This document shows positions 1-8,176 of a stretch of 64,000 nt of DNA, in pieces (within the stretch, counting starts at the first letter, position 1; the number at the start of each line of letters is the position of its first letter). The stretch comes from Candidatus Oxydemutatoraceae bacterium (GTDB taxonomy: Bacteria > Pseudomonadota > Gammaproteobacteria > Poriferisulfidales > Oxydemutatoraceae). Both the position numbers and the translations under genes were made by a program. Under the pieces are notes generated by a model. That model had not been told where the DNA came from, searched no databases, and saw nothing but the letters and a program-made list of their open reading frames with translations. The stretch is from contig CBDCOZ010000003.1 in assembly GCA_965220085.1 (NCBI GenBank), positions 800,001-864,000 on the forward strand, in the 5' to 3' direction.

Positions 1-42
1 CGCCTGCGGTTGCGCCTCTTCCTGGAGGGCCCCCTGCGATGA
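1..42 (+). CDS. 3' end of an upstream member of the RLRLRLFLEGPLR-tail secreted protein family (truncated by window edge)
   Basis: Bases 1-42 read RLRLRLFLEGPLR-TGA, identical to the end of ORF 39..938; the stop overlaps the next ATG (ATGA). Confidence 0.85.
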   Translation, partial: RLRLRLFLEGPLR

Positions 43-938
43 TGCGAGTATTCTGCCCCTTCCCGCATTGGTGGGCGATACTAACTCGGCTTAGTCTCCG
101 GTCACTTATCCTGCCGGCGCTGTGTCTGGCATTGGGCGCAACTTATGTTTGGGCCCAGGCGACAGATCAGAGCATTGATGTCCCGATAGGCGGCAGCGCC
201 TATACAATCACGGCTGCCGACTTTGGCTTTGATGATATTATCAATACTGGAGCCTCCGATACGATTATGACGGTCGGGTCTTTGCCTGCTCTCGGCAACT
301 TACGGCGATACACCCGTGGGCGGGTTGTAACTTTACGTGTGGGGAGCCTGACAGATGGCGACACGAGTGTAAGTGCTTTCTTTGAGACAGGCTTTAACGG
401 TCTTGATGGCGCCGGCTCCGACAACAGGTTGGATTATACGCCTCCTGCCGATGCCGTTTCCGTTGCCGCCGGCTATGCCAGCTTTGCCTTTTATATTTCC
501 ACTGATGGCAGTACCGATACGATGGCCACCATGACCATCAACCTGGTGGGAGCATCCATGCCGACGACCGCCACCGGCGCGCCCGAAATCGCCGCCACAG
601 ACACGCACCGAATCAGAGCTTCCATCACCGGTGTGACGGACCTCAACGGCATTGATGTCGGCACCCTGAGTTGGCAGTGGCAACAGGCCGATGCGCCCGT
701 CAGCGGTGTTCCCGACACCGGTGATTACATCGACATAAAGGATGCTACTTCTTCCTCCCTCTTCGCACCGACTGCCGCCCAACTGAGCAGGTATGTGCGC
801 GCCTGCGTTTCTTTCAAGGATCAGTCTCCCACGCCCGCATCGGAAGGGCCGCTGTGTAGCATCGGCATTCTGGTGACAGAGTTGCCGTCTGAGATACGCC
901 TGCGGTTGCGCCTCTTCCTGGAGGGCCCCCTGCGATGA
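39..938 (+). CDS. Secreted Ig/cadherin-like modular protein with C-terminal IRLRLRLFLEGPLR tail (array copy 1)
   Basis: Hydrophobic N-terminus ending WAQA; module with DFGF..SLP..G.L; module with WQWQQ...YVRACVSFKD...LCS; invariant tail. Confidence 0.8.
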   Translation: MMRVFCPFPHWWAILTRLSLRSLILPALCLALGATYVWAQATDQSIDVPIGGSAYTITAADFGFDDIINTGASDTIMTVGSLPALGNLRRYTRGRVVTLRVGSLTDGDTSVSAFFETGFNGLDGAGSDNRLDYTPPADAVSVAAGYASFAFYISTDGSTDTMATMTINLVGASMPTTATGAPEIAATDTHRIRASITGVTDLNGIDVGTLSWQWQQADAPVSGVPDTGDYIDIKDATSSSLFAPTAAQLSRYVRACVSFKDQSPTPASEGPLCSIGILVTELPSEIRLRLRLFLEGPLR

Positions 939-1816
939 TGCGAGTATTCCGCCCCTTCCCGCATTGGTGGGCGATACTAACCCGGCTTAGTCTCCGGTCA
1001 CTTATTCTGCCGGCGCTGTGTCTGGCATTGGGCGTAACCTGGGCGCAGGCTCAAACTGCCCAGGACCGCAGTGTTGATATCCCCATAGACAGCGATGGTC
1101 ATCCGTTGCGACTTGCCGATTTCGGGCCTACCTCATCTGCCTCAGGTATAGTTATAATCAAGATCAAGTCGCTACCCGCTCGTGGCAGCTTACAGCGATA
1201 CAGTAGTGGAATTCCTGTGCTGCTCGTTGTTGGGGATTTTATCCACGGCAACACAAGCTTTTTCACTTTCTCAACCCTTGGCGGTGCCGACGCCGATGAC
1301 AGGTTGGAGTACAGGCCTCCCGCCAATGCTGGTTCCCCCGCCACTGGCTACGACAGCTTTGTCTTCCATTATTCTGTTGACAGTGGTTTCACGGCCACCA
1401 CGGCCACCATGACCATCAACCTGGTGGGGGCATCCATGCCGACGACCGCCACCGGCGCACCCACAATCGCCGCCACAGACACGCACCGAATCAGAGCTTC
1501 CATCACCGGTGTGACGGACCTCAACGGCATTGATGTCGGCACCCTGAGTTGGCAGTGGCAACAGGCCGATGCCCCCGTCAGCGGTGTTCCCGACACCGGT
1601 GATTACATCGACATAAAGGATGCTACTTCTTCCTCCCTCTTCGCACCGACTGCCGCCCAACTGAGCAGGTATGTGCGCGCCTGCGTTTCTTTCAAGGATC
1701 AGTCTCCCACGCCCGCATCGGAAGGGCCGCTGTGTAGCATCGGCATTCTGGTGACAGAGTTGCCGTCTGAGATACGCCTGCGGTTGCGCCTCTTCCTGGA
1801 GGGCCCCCTGCGATGA
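935..1816 (+). CDS. Secreted tail-family protein (array copy 2, divergent N-terminal domain)
   Basis: Same leader and near-identical C-terminal half as copy 1; about 1040-1400 is divergent; ATGA coupling. Confidence 0.8.
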   Translation: MMRVFRPFPHWWAILTRLSLRSLILPALCLALGVTWAQAQTAQDRSVDIPIDSDGHPLRLADFGPTSSASGIVIIKIKSLPARGSLQRYSSGIPVLLVVGDFIHGNTSFFTFSTLGGADADDRLEYRPPANAGSPATGYDSFVFHYSVDSGFTATTATMTINLVGASMPTTATGAPTIAATDTHRIRASITGVTDLNGIDVGTLSWQWQQADAPVSGVPDTGDYIDIKDATSSSLFAPTAAQLSRYVRACVSFKDQSPTPASEGPLCSIGILVTELPSEIRLRLRLFLEGPLR

Positions 1817-2703
1817 TGCGAGTATTCCGCCCCTTCCCGCATTGGTGGGCGATACTAACTCGGCTTAGTCTCCGGTCACTTATCCTGCCGGCGCTGTGTC
1901 TGGCATTGGGCGCAACTTATGTTTGGGCCCAGGCGACAGATCAGAGCATTGATGTCCCGATAGGCGGCAGCGCCTATACAATCACGGCTGCCGACTTTGG
2001 CTTTGATGATATTATCAATACTGGAGCCGTCAATACGAGTATGACGGTCGGGTCTTTGCCTGCTCTCGGCAACTTACGGCGATACAGAAATGGGCAGACT
2101 GCAAATTTACATGTGGGGAGCCTGACAGACGGTAACTCGAATGTAAGTCTTTTCTTAGAGACATTTCTTGGCGGCGCCGACTCCGACGACAGGTTGGATT
2201 ATACGCCTCCTGCCGATGCCGTTTCCGTTGCCGCCGGCTATGCCAGCTTTGCCTTTTATATTTCCACTGATGGCATTACCTCTACGCTGGCCACCATGAC
2301 CATCAACCTGGTGGGGGCATCTACGCCGACGGCCGCCACCGGCGCACCCACAATCGCCGCCACGGACACGCACCGAATCAGAGCTTCCATTACCGGTGTG
2401 ACGGACCTCAACGGCATTGATGTCGGCACCCTGAGTTGGCAGTGGCAACAGGCCGATGCCCCCGTCAGTGGCGTTCCCGAAACCGGTGAGTACAGCGAGA
2501 TAAAGGATGCTACTTCTTCCTCCCTCTTCGCACCGACTGCCGCCCAACTGGGCAGGTATGTGCGCGCCTGCGTTTCTTTCAAGGATCAGTCTCCCACGCC
2601 CGCATCGGAAGGGCCGCTGTGCAGCGTCGGCACTGAGGTGGAAGAGTTGCCGCCTGATATACGCTTGCGGCTGCGCCTCTTCCTGGAGGGCCCCCTGCGA
2701 TAG
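1813..2703 (+). CDS. Secreted tail-family protein (array copy 3)
   Basis: N-terminal part nearly identical to copy 1; same tail; TAG stop. Confidence 0.8.
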   Translation: MMRVFRPFPHWWAILTRLSLRSLILPALCLALGATYVWAQATDQSIDVPIGGSAYTITAADFGFDDIINTGAVNTSMTVGSLPALGNLRRYRNGQTANLHVGSLTDGNSNVSLFLETFLGGADSDDRLDYTPPADAVSVAAGYASFAFYISTDGITSTLATMTINLVGASTPTAATGAPTIAATDTHRIRASITGVTDLNGIDVGTLSWQWQQADAPVSGVPETGEYSEIKDATSSSLFAPTAAQLGRYVRACVSFKDQSPTPASEGPLCSVGTEVEELPPDIRLRLRLFLEGPLR

Positions 2704-2929
2704 CGCGGGCAATGCCCCTCGCGGGAGAGTCGGCGATCTATGCTATGCCGTTGCGATAGCGCGGGCAATGCCCCTCGCGGGAGAGTCGGCGATCTATGCT
2801 ATGCCGTTGCGATAGCGCGGGCAATGCCCCTCGCGGGAGAGTCGGCGATCTATGCTATGCCGTTGCGATAGCGCGGGCAATGCCCCTCGCGGGAGAGTCG
2901 GCGATCTATGCCATGCCGTTGCGATAGCG
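2697..2929. repeat. 56-bp tandem repeat, 4 full copies plus a partial, starting at the stop of array copy 3
   Basis: Unit gcgatagcgcgggcaatgcccctcgcgggagagtcggcgatctatgctatgccgtt; tagcg recurs at 2701, 2757, 2813, 2869, 2925. Confidence 0.95.
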
Positions 2930-3170
2930 TTGCCGGTTTGCTTTCGGTTTGAGCAAGGGGATGCGGGAGCGCATTGCTTGGGCTTTTGAGGGCGGTCGGG
3001 CGTAAGAGGCGGTCTGAGCGCGCCTGTGGCGCATGAAAAGAAGCCGGGAAACCCAATATGATGATAGTATATGCCGATACGTTTTAGCGTTTTGCATGCT
3101 TATTCCATGCGCGCAAACAGGCCCGCATGATTGAGCGATGCGCTCTCTGCAAGCATGGCGCGATTAAAAT

Positions 3171-4085
3171 ATGTCCGATATTAAAAAACCTCGTAAGAAC
3201 ATTGAGTTGCCTCGCAAGGCCGTATTCCCGGTAGCCGGTTTGGGCACCCGGTTTTTGCCCGCCACCAAGGTGAGTCCGAAAGAGATGTTGCCGGTTGTGG
3301 ACAAGCCGCTGATCCAATATGCGACGGAAGAAGCGATTGCCGCCGGCATAGAGACTTTGATTTTCGTCAATGGCAGAAACAAGCGGGCGATAGAAGACCA
3401 TTTTGACGACATGCCCGAGTTGGTAAGCGAGTTGCGCAGTCGCGGCAAGGACGAGCTCCTTGAGCGGATTGAGAATATCGTGCCGGCCGGGGTGACTTGC
3501 GTCAGTATCCGCCAAGCGAGCGCGCGCGGGCTCGGTGATGCGGTGTTGTGCGCCGAACCGGTGGTCGGTGACGAGCCTTTCGTCGTCCTGTTAGCCGATG
3601 ATTTGGTTATCAGTCGGCAGGGAGACGACAATGTGACTCAGAGATTGCTGGAGTGTTATCAGAAATATGGCACCAGCATGCTCAGCGTCGAGCATATAGA
3701 ACCGCAGCAAAGCCGTCAGTACGGCGTGATTGGCGGCGACAATGCGGAGCCCGACATTTGGAAGGTGAAGCGCTTGGTTGAGAAACCGGCGCCCGAAGAG
3801 GCTCCGAGTCAAATCGGTCTCTTGGGGCGCTATGTCTTGACGCCGCGTGTGTTTGATTGCCTGAAGAAGGTCGGCAGCGGGGTCGGCAAAGAAGTGCAGT
3901 TGACCGACGCCATCGCGATGTTGATGGAGTCGGAAGGCGTTCACGCGCAACTTTGCAACGGCGCGCGTTATGATTGCGGCAGCAAAATCGGGTATGTGCG
4001 GGCGAATGTCGAGTGCGCGTTGCGACACGACCAGATCGGCGAGGAGTTCTCCGCGTATCTGCGGAAATTTAGCGAGCGTTCGTGA
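3171..4085 (+). CDS. galU: UTP--glucose-1-phosphate uridylyltransferase
   Basis: KAVFPVAGLGTRFLPATK, KEMLPVVDKPLIQY, LVEKP, QLTDAI, YDCGSK motifs. Confidence 0.97.
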   Translation: MSDIKKPRKNIELPRKAVFPVAGLGTRFLPATKVSPKEMLPVVDKPLIQYATEEAIAAGIETLIFVNGRNKRAIEDHFDDMPELVSELRSRGKDELLERIENIVPAGVTCVSIRQASARGLGDAVLCAEPVVGDEPFVVLLADDLVISRQGDDNVTQRLLECYQKYGTSMLSVEHIEPQQSRQYGVIGGDNAEPDIWKVKRLVEKPAPEEAPSQIGLLGRYVLTPRVFDCLKKVGSGVGKEVQLTDAIAMLMESEGVHAQLCNGARYDCGSKIGYVRANVECALRHDQIGEEFSAYLRKFSERS

Positions 4086-5922
4086 TGCGCCGGATGGCGT
4101 TTTCAATGCCGGTCGCATCCAGCCCCGCTTCGGTCAATAGTTCGTCGCGGCTGCCGTGCTCTTGAAAACGGTCGGGGAGCCCCAGCGCGGTCGCGGGTAT
4201 CTGATTGCCGGCGCTCCTGAGAAATTCGCCGACCGCGCTGCCCGCGCCGCCGATGCATGCATTGTCCTCAACCGTGATGATGTGTCGGTGGGAGTTTGCG
4301 ATTTGTTCGATTAAGCGCGTATCCAGCGGTTTGACAAAGCGCATATCAACAACGCTCACATCGTGTTTCTCCGCGGCGAGCAATGCCGCGCCGGTCGGGC
4401 TTCCGAAACCGAGTATTGCGATCTCCCGACCTTGTTTGAGGATTTTGCCGCGGCCGATTTCCACGGTCGCAAGGTCTTTGTCCGGTATCGCGCCCCAGCC
4501 GCCGCCGCGCGGGTAGCGCACCGCTGTCGGGCCGGCGCGCAGATAGGCGGTCGACAGCATCAGGCGCGTCATTTTTTCGTCCATCGGCGTCATGACGGTC
4601 ATGTTCGGTATGCAGCGCAGAAAGCTCAAATCAAAACTGCCGGCGTGCGTGGGGCCGTCCGGGCCGACGACTCCGGCGCGGTCGATCGCAAACATGACGG
4701 GCAGGTTTTGAATCGCAATGTCGTGCACCAGTTGGTCATAAGCGCGTTGCAGGAAGGTGGAGTAGATGGCGACGACCGGTTTGAGCCCGGCGCATGCCAT
4801 GCCGGCGGCCAGCGTCAGCGCGTGTTGTTCGGCGATGCCTACGTCAAAGTAGCGCTTGGCAAAGCGCTTTTCAAACTCTGCGAGTCCCGAGCCTTCGCGC
4901 ATGGCGGGTGTGATGGCAACCAGCCGCTCGTCTTTTTCGGCCATATCGCATACCCAGTCGCCGAACACTTGGGTGTGGGTCAAACTTTTTGCTTTGGATT
5001 TGTTCATGCCTTGTTTGGGGTCAAAGCGGCTGACGGCATGGTATTTGACCGGGTCTTTTTCCGCTTCCGGATAGCCTTTTCCTTTGCGGGTTATCGTGTG
5101 TAGCAGCCGCGGCTGCTTGAGCAATTTCAGGTTTTGCAGCATGTCGGCCAGCATGAGGACATCGTGGCCGTCTATCGGCCCGTAGTAGTTGATGCCCAGT
5201 TCTTCAAACAGGGTGCCCGGCACAATCATGCCTTTGATGTGCTCGCGCGTTCGTTTTACCAGCCGGTCCACTCCGGGCGGAGGCTTGAGGATTTGTTTGC
5301 TTTTTTCCATGACGTTCTTGTACAGGGGGCTTGATATGATGCGGGTCAGGTAGTTGCTCATGGCGCCGACATTCGGGGAGATCGACATGTCGTTGTCGTT
5401 CAGAACGATGAGCATGTCCGCCTGCGCGGAACCGAGGTGGTTCATCGCTTCGTATGCGAGGCCGGCGGTCAGTCCGCCGTCGCCTATTATCGCGACCGTT
5501 TTGTGAGTGTCTCCTCTCAGGGCCGCCCCCAGCGCCATCCCCAGCGCGGCGCTGACAGATGTGCTGGAGTGGCCGACTCCGAAGGCGTCGTATGTGCTTT
5601 CGTTGCGATTCGGAAACGGAGCGGGGCCGCCGCGGTTGCGAATATTGACGATCTCCGCTTTCCTTCCGCAGAGTATCTTGTGCGGGTAACACTGGTGACC
5701 CACATCCCAGACTAACAGATCATTCGGGGTGTCAAACACATAGTGAAGCGCGACCGACAGTTCGATGGAGCCGAGCCCGGCGGCAAAATGACCGCCGCAC
5801 GAGGAGACGGCTTCTATCAGGTAAGCGCGCAACTCGTCGCATAATTGCGGCAATTCGCCCGCCGCCAGTTGGCGCAGGTCGGAAGGGGTTTCTATTTTGT
5901 CCAACAGTATTTTTGGTTTCAT
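4069..5922 (-). CDS. dxs: 1-deoxy-D-xylulose-5-phosphate synthase
   Basis: WDVGHQCYPHKIL, GHSSTS, IGDG, DVGIAEQHA, YSTFLQRAYDQ, DRAG motifs. Confidence 0.98.
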   Translation of the reverse strand: MKPKILLDKIETPSDLRQLAAGELPQLCDELRAYLIEAVSSCGGHFAAGLGSIELSVALHYVFDTPNDLLVWDVGHQCYPHKILCGRKAEIVNIRNRGGPAPFPNRNESTYDAFGVGHSSTSVSAALGMALGAALRGDTHKTVAIIGDGGLTAGLAYEAMNHLGSAQADMLIVLNDNDMSISPNVGAMSNYLTRIISSPLYKNVMEKSKQILKPPPGVDRLVKRTREHIKGMIVPGTLFEELGINYYGPIDGHDVLMLADMLQNLKLLKQPRLLHTITRKGKGYPEAEKDPVKYHAVSRFDPKQGMNKSKAKSLTHTQVFGDWVCDMAEKDERLVAITPAMREGSGLAEFEKRFAKRYFDVGIAEQHALTLAAGMACAGLKPVVAIYSTFLQRAYDQLVHDIAIQNLPVMFAIDRAGVVGPDGPTHAGSFDLSFLRCIPNMTVMTPMDEKMTRLMLSTAYLRAGPTAVRYPRGGGWGAIPDKDLATVEIGRGKILKQGREIAILGFGSPTGAALLAAEKHDVSVVDMRFVKPLDTRLIEQIANSHRHIITVEDNACIGGAGSAVGEFLRSAGNQIPATALGLPDRFQEHGSRDELLTEAGLDATGIENAIRRITNAR

Positions 5923-5925
5923 CGA

Positions 5926-6849
5926 TCAGGACTCGCGGGCGGCAATATGCCGTGTGAGGTCGCGTAATAACCGCGCACTTGCCCCCAAGGGAAGCAGACT
6001 GTCCAAACATTGCGCAGTGATTTCCGCCAGTTCTTTTTTGCTGGCCTCTTCGCCGTAAATGGTCACATAGGAAGGCTTTTCGGCCTTGCCGTTTGCCTTG
6101 TGTTGTCTGGCATCGAGGATATCATCTTGTATCTGAAAACACAGGCCGATGTCGGTCGCATAACGCCTCAAACTGTCGTCGGTCTCTTGCGGCGTATCGG
6201 GCGCGCAACACAGCGCCATCGTGATGCACGCTTCCATCAGCGCGCCTGTTTTTAGCCGATGTATTTCCCTGACCCGGTCGTTTTCAAGGGCGTTATGGTT
6301 CATCAATATGTCCATCGCCTGGCCGCTTGCCATTCCCGAGATGCCGGCGGCGCGGGCGAGTATGCGACAGGTCTCGTTTTTGCGCCGGGCATCTGTCAGC
6401 GGCGCTTTGCTCAGACATTCAAAGGCGAGCGCCTGCATCGCATCGCCCGCCAGGATGGCCATGGCTTCGCCAAAAGCGCTGTGGCACGCGGGCTTGCCGC
6501 GCCTCATGTCGTCGTCGTCCATCGCGGGCAGGTCATCGTGTATCAAGGAGTAGCAATGCATCAGTTCTATCGCGCCAGCAATCGGGTCGACCGCTTTGTG
6601 TTCCAAGCCGATTAGTTGCGCGGTTGCGTAAACCAAGCCCGGGCGAATGCGTTTGCCGCCGTTAAAGATTGCGTATTGAATCGCTTGCAGCAGGGTGTCA
6701 TTGCTCGCCTCGCTGCAAAATTCTTCCAGCGCGGCGCGGATGTTGCGCTCGACTCTGGCGCCGCAGGTTGTCAGAAACGCATGAATGTCCTCGGCGGCGA
6801 CGGCGGGCTCGCTATTCGTCTTCTGCTGCAAAGGGCTCCGGTTCGGCAT
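5926..6849 (-). CDS. ispA: Farnesyl diphosphate synthase / geranyltranstransferase
   Basis: GGKRIRP, SLIHDDLPAMDDDDMRRGKP, FQIQDDILD; xseB-ispA-dxs synteny. Confidence 0.95.
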   Translation of the reverse strand: MPNRSPLQQKTNSEPAVAAEDIHAFLTTCGARVERNIRAALEEFCSEASNDTLLQAIQYAIFNGGKRIRPGLVYATAQLIGLEHKAVDPIAGAIELMHCYSLIHDDLPAMDDDDMRRGKPACHSAFGEAMAILAGDAMQALAFECLSKAPLTDARRKNETCRILARAAGISGMASGQAMDILMNHNALENDRVREIHRLKTGALMEACITMALCCAPDTPQETDDSLRRYATDIGLCFQIQDDILDARQHKANGKAEKPSYVTIYGEEASKKELAEITAQCLDSLLPLGASARLLRDLTRHIAARES

Positions 6850-7066
6850 TATTCTGAGTCAAAATCTTCACGCGTTGTTCGGCGCTTTCTAGCGCTTTGC
6901 GACATTTGCCGACCAGCGCCGAGCCATGCTCAAATTGTTCTATCGCTTGTTCCAATGAGAGGTTTCCGGATTCCAGTCTGGTCTGAATCTGCTTCAGCTC
7001 TTCCATCGCCTGTTCGAATTCAAATTTCTCTTCTTTTGTTTTTTGCTTTTTGTTTGCGGATGTCAT
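6812..7066 (-). CDS. xseB: Exodeoxyribonuclease VII small subunit
   Basis: FEQAMEEL..I..RLESGNLSLEQAI..FE.G..L...C...L..AEQRV. Confidence 0.95.
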   Translation of the reverse strand: MTSANKKQKTKEEKFEFEQAMEELKQIQTRLESGNLSLEQAIEQFEHGSALVGKCRKALESAEQRVKILTQNNAEPEPFAAEDE

Positions 7067-7336
7067 ATTTTTAATGGTTGCAAAGTATCTAATTCATGGG
7101 CGGAGCGATAAGAAAGCCGTTGCCTGTGATGCTTTTGGTCTTATGCCTCGTTTGGGCCGAAACATATATTAAACAGATTGGGCTTATTTTACAAATCTCA
7201 TCCGATCAGCGGCAGCCTGAAAGTCGGCCCGGAAGGCGGGCTAAAACGTGAGGATTCCCTCGGACAAGCCGCCGTCGGCTGGTCGTTGTCTCTGCCGTTT
7301 CCCCCGCCATGTCGCATTTTTGGCGAGCGGCTTTGC

Positions 7337-8176
7337 TTAATCGGATGCGTTTTCATGAGGCTCATCGTAGACGATATTTTGGTGGTTGTTGAAGACGAGA
7401 AACGATTGGCCTTTGGCGCGGGCGATCATCGTGACATTTAAGCTCTGTGCCAGCTCAACCCCCATTTGTGTGGCGCCGGAGCGCGACAGCAGCATCGGTA
7501 TTTCCATCTGCGCGCATTTCATGACCATCTCCGAGGTGAGACGCCCGGTGGTATAAAAAATTTTGTCGTGACCGCTCGTGTCATTGAGCCACATCATGCC
7601 GGCGATGGCGTCCGCCGCGTTGTGTCGCCCGACATCTTCGACAAAGATCAGAATGTCGCTGCCGTGGCAGAGGGCGCAACCGTGAACCGCTCCGGCTTCC
7701 CGATAAATTTCATTGCGTTGCGCGACATTGCGCAGTAACGCGTATATCTGCGAGCGTTTTAACTTCATGTCCGGCAGGCGATGGTCGTACAGTTTGTCCA
7801 GCGTGCAACTGAATACGGTGCCTTGTCCGCAGCCGCTGGTGATGATATGGCCTTTGGTTTTTTCTTCCCAGTCCGAGGCGGAGGCATATTCCGCGGCGAG
7901 GGCGATGGTGACCAGTTCTTTGTCCCAATCTGTTTCAATGGAGGCGATGGCATCTATGCTCTCAATCAGGCGCTGGTTGCGCAAGTAACCGAGAGCCAGT
8001 TCTTCCGGATAGTTGCCGAGCGTCATCAGGGTTACGAGTTCCTTGCCGTCGACGACGATTGTCAGCGGCGATTCGCCGGCGATGCGCACTGTTTGCGCGG
8101 CGTTGCGGTGGTCGCGCACTTCGGCTTCAAAGGTCGGGCTCAGTCGCGCGCGGCTGATATGCGGTTTCGCGCTCAT
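7337..8176 (-). CDS. fdhD: Formate dehydrogenase accessory sulfurtransferase
   Basis: TSGCGQG, GAVHGCAL, EDVGRHNAADA, TTGRLTSEMVMK. Confidence 0.95.
   Translation of the reverse strand: MSAKPHISRARLSPTFEAEVRDHRNAAQTVRIAGESPLTIVVDGKELVTLMTLGNYPEELALGYLRNQRLIESIDAIASIETDWDKELVTIALAAEYASASDWEEKTKGHIITSGCGQGTVFSCTLDKLYDHRLPDMKLKRSQIYALLRNVAQRNEIYREAGAVHGCALCHGSDILIFVEDVGRHNAADAIAGMMWLNDTSGHDKIFYTTGRLTSEMVMKCAQMEIPMLLSRSGATQMGVELAQSLNVTMIARAKGQSFLVFNNHQNIVYDEPHENASD

Noticed and set aside
255-2190. Diversity-generating retroelement behind the variable domains
   Set aside because: Differences are not restricted to adenines, indels are present, and no reverse transcriptase or template repeat is seen in the window
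2697-2929. Possible CRISPR array
   Set aside because: Units are contiguous and near-identical with no unique spacers; no cas genes. The same applies to the other tandem repeats.
7215-7265. Hammerhead ribozyme, SRP RNA or glycine riboswitch
   Set aside because: Core motifs (CUGANGA/GAAA; CAGGUCCGGAAGGAAGCAGC; GGAGAG...GAAG) are not properly matched
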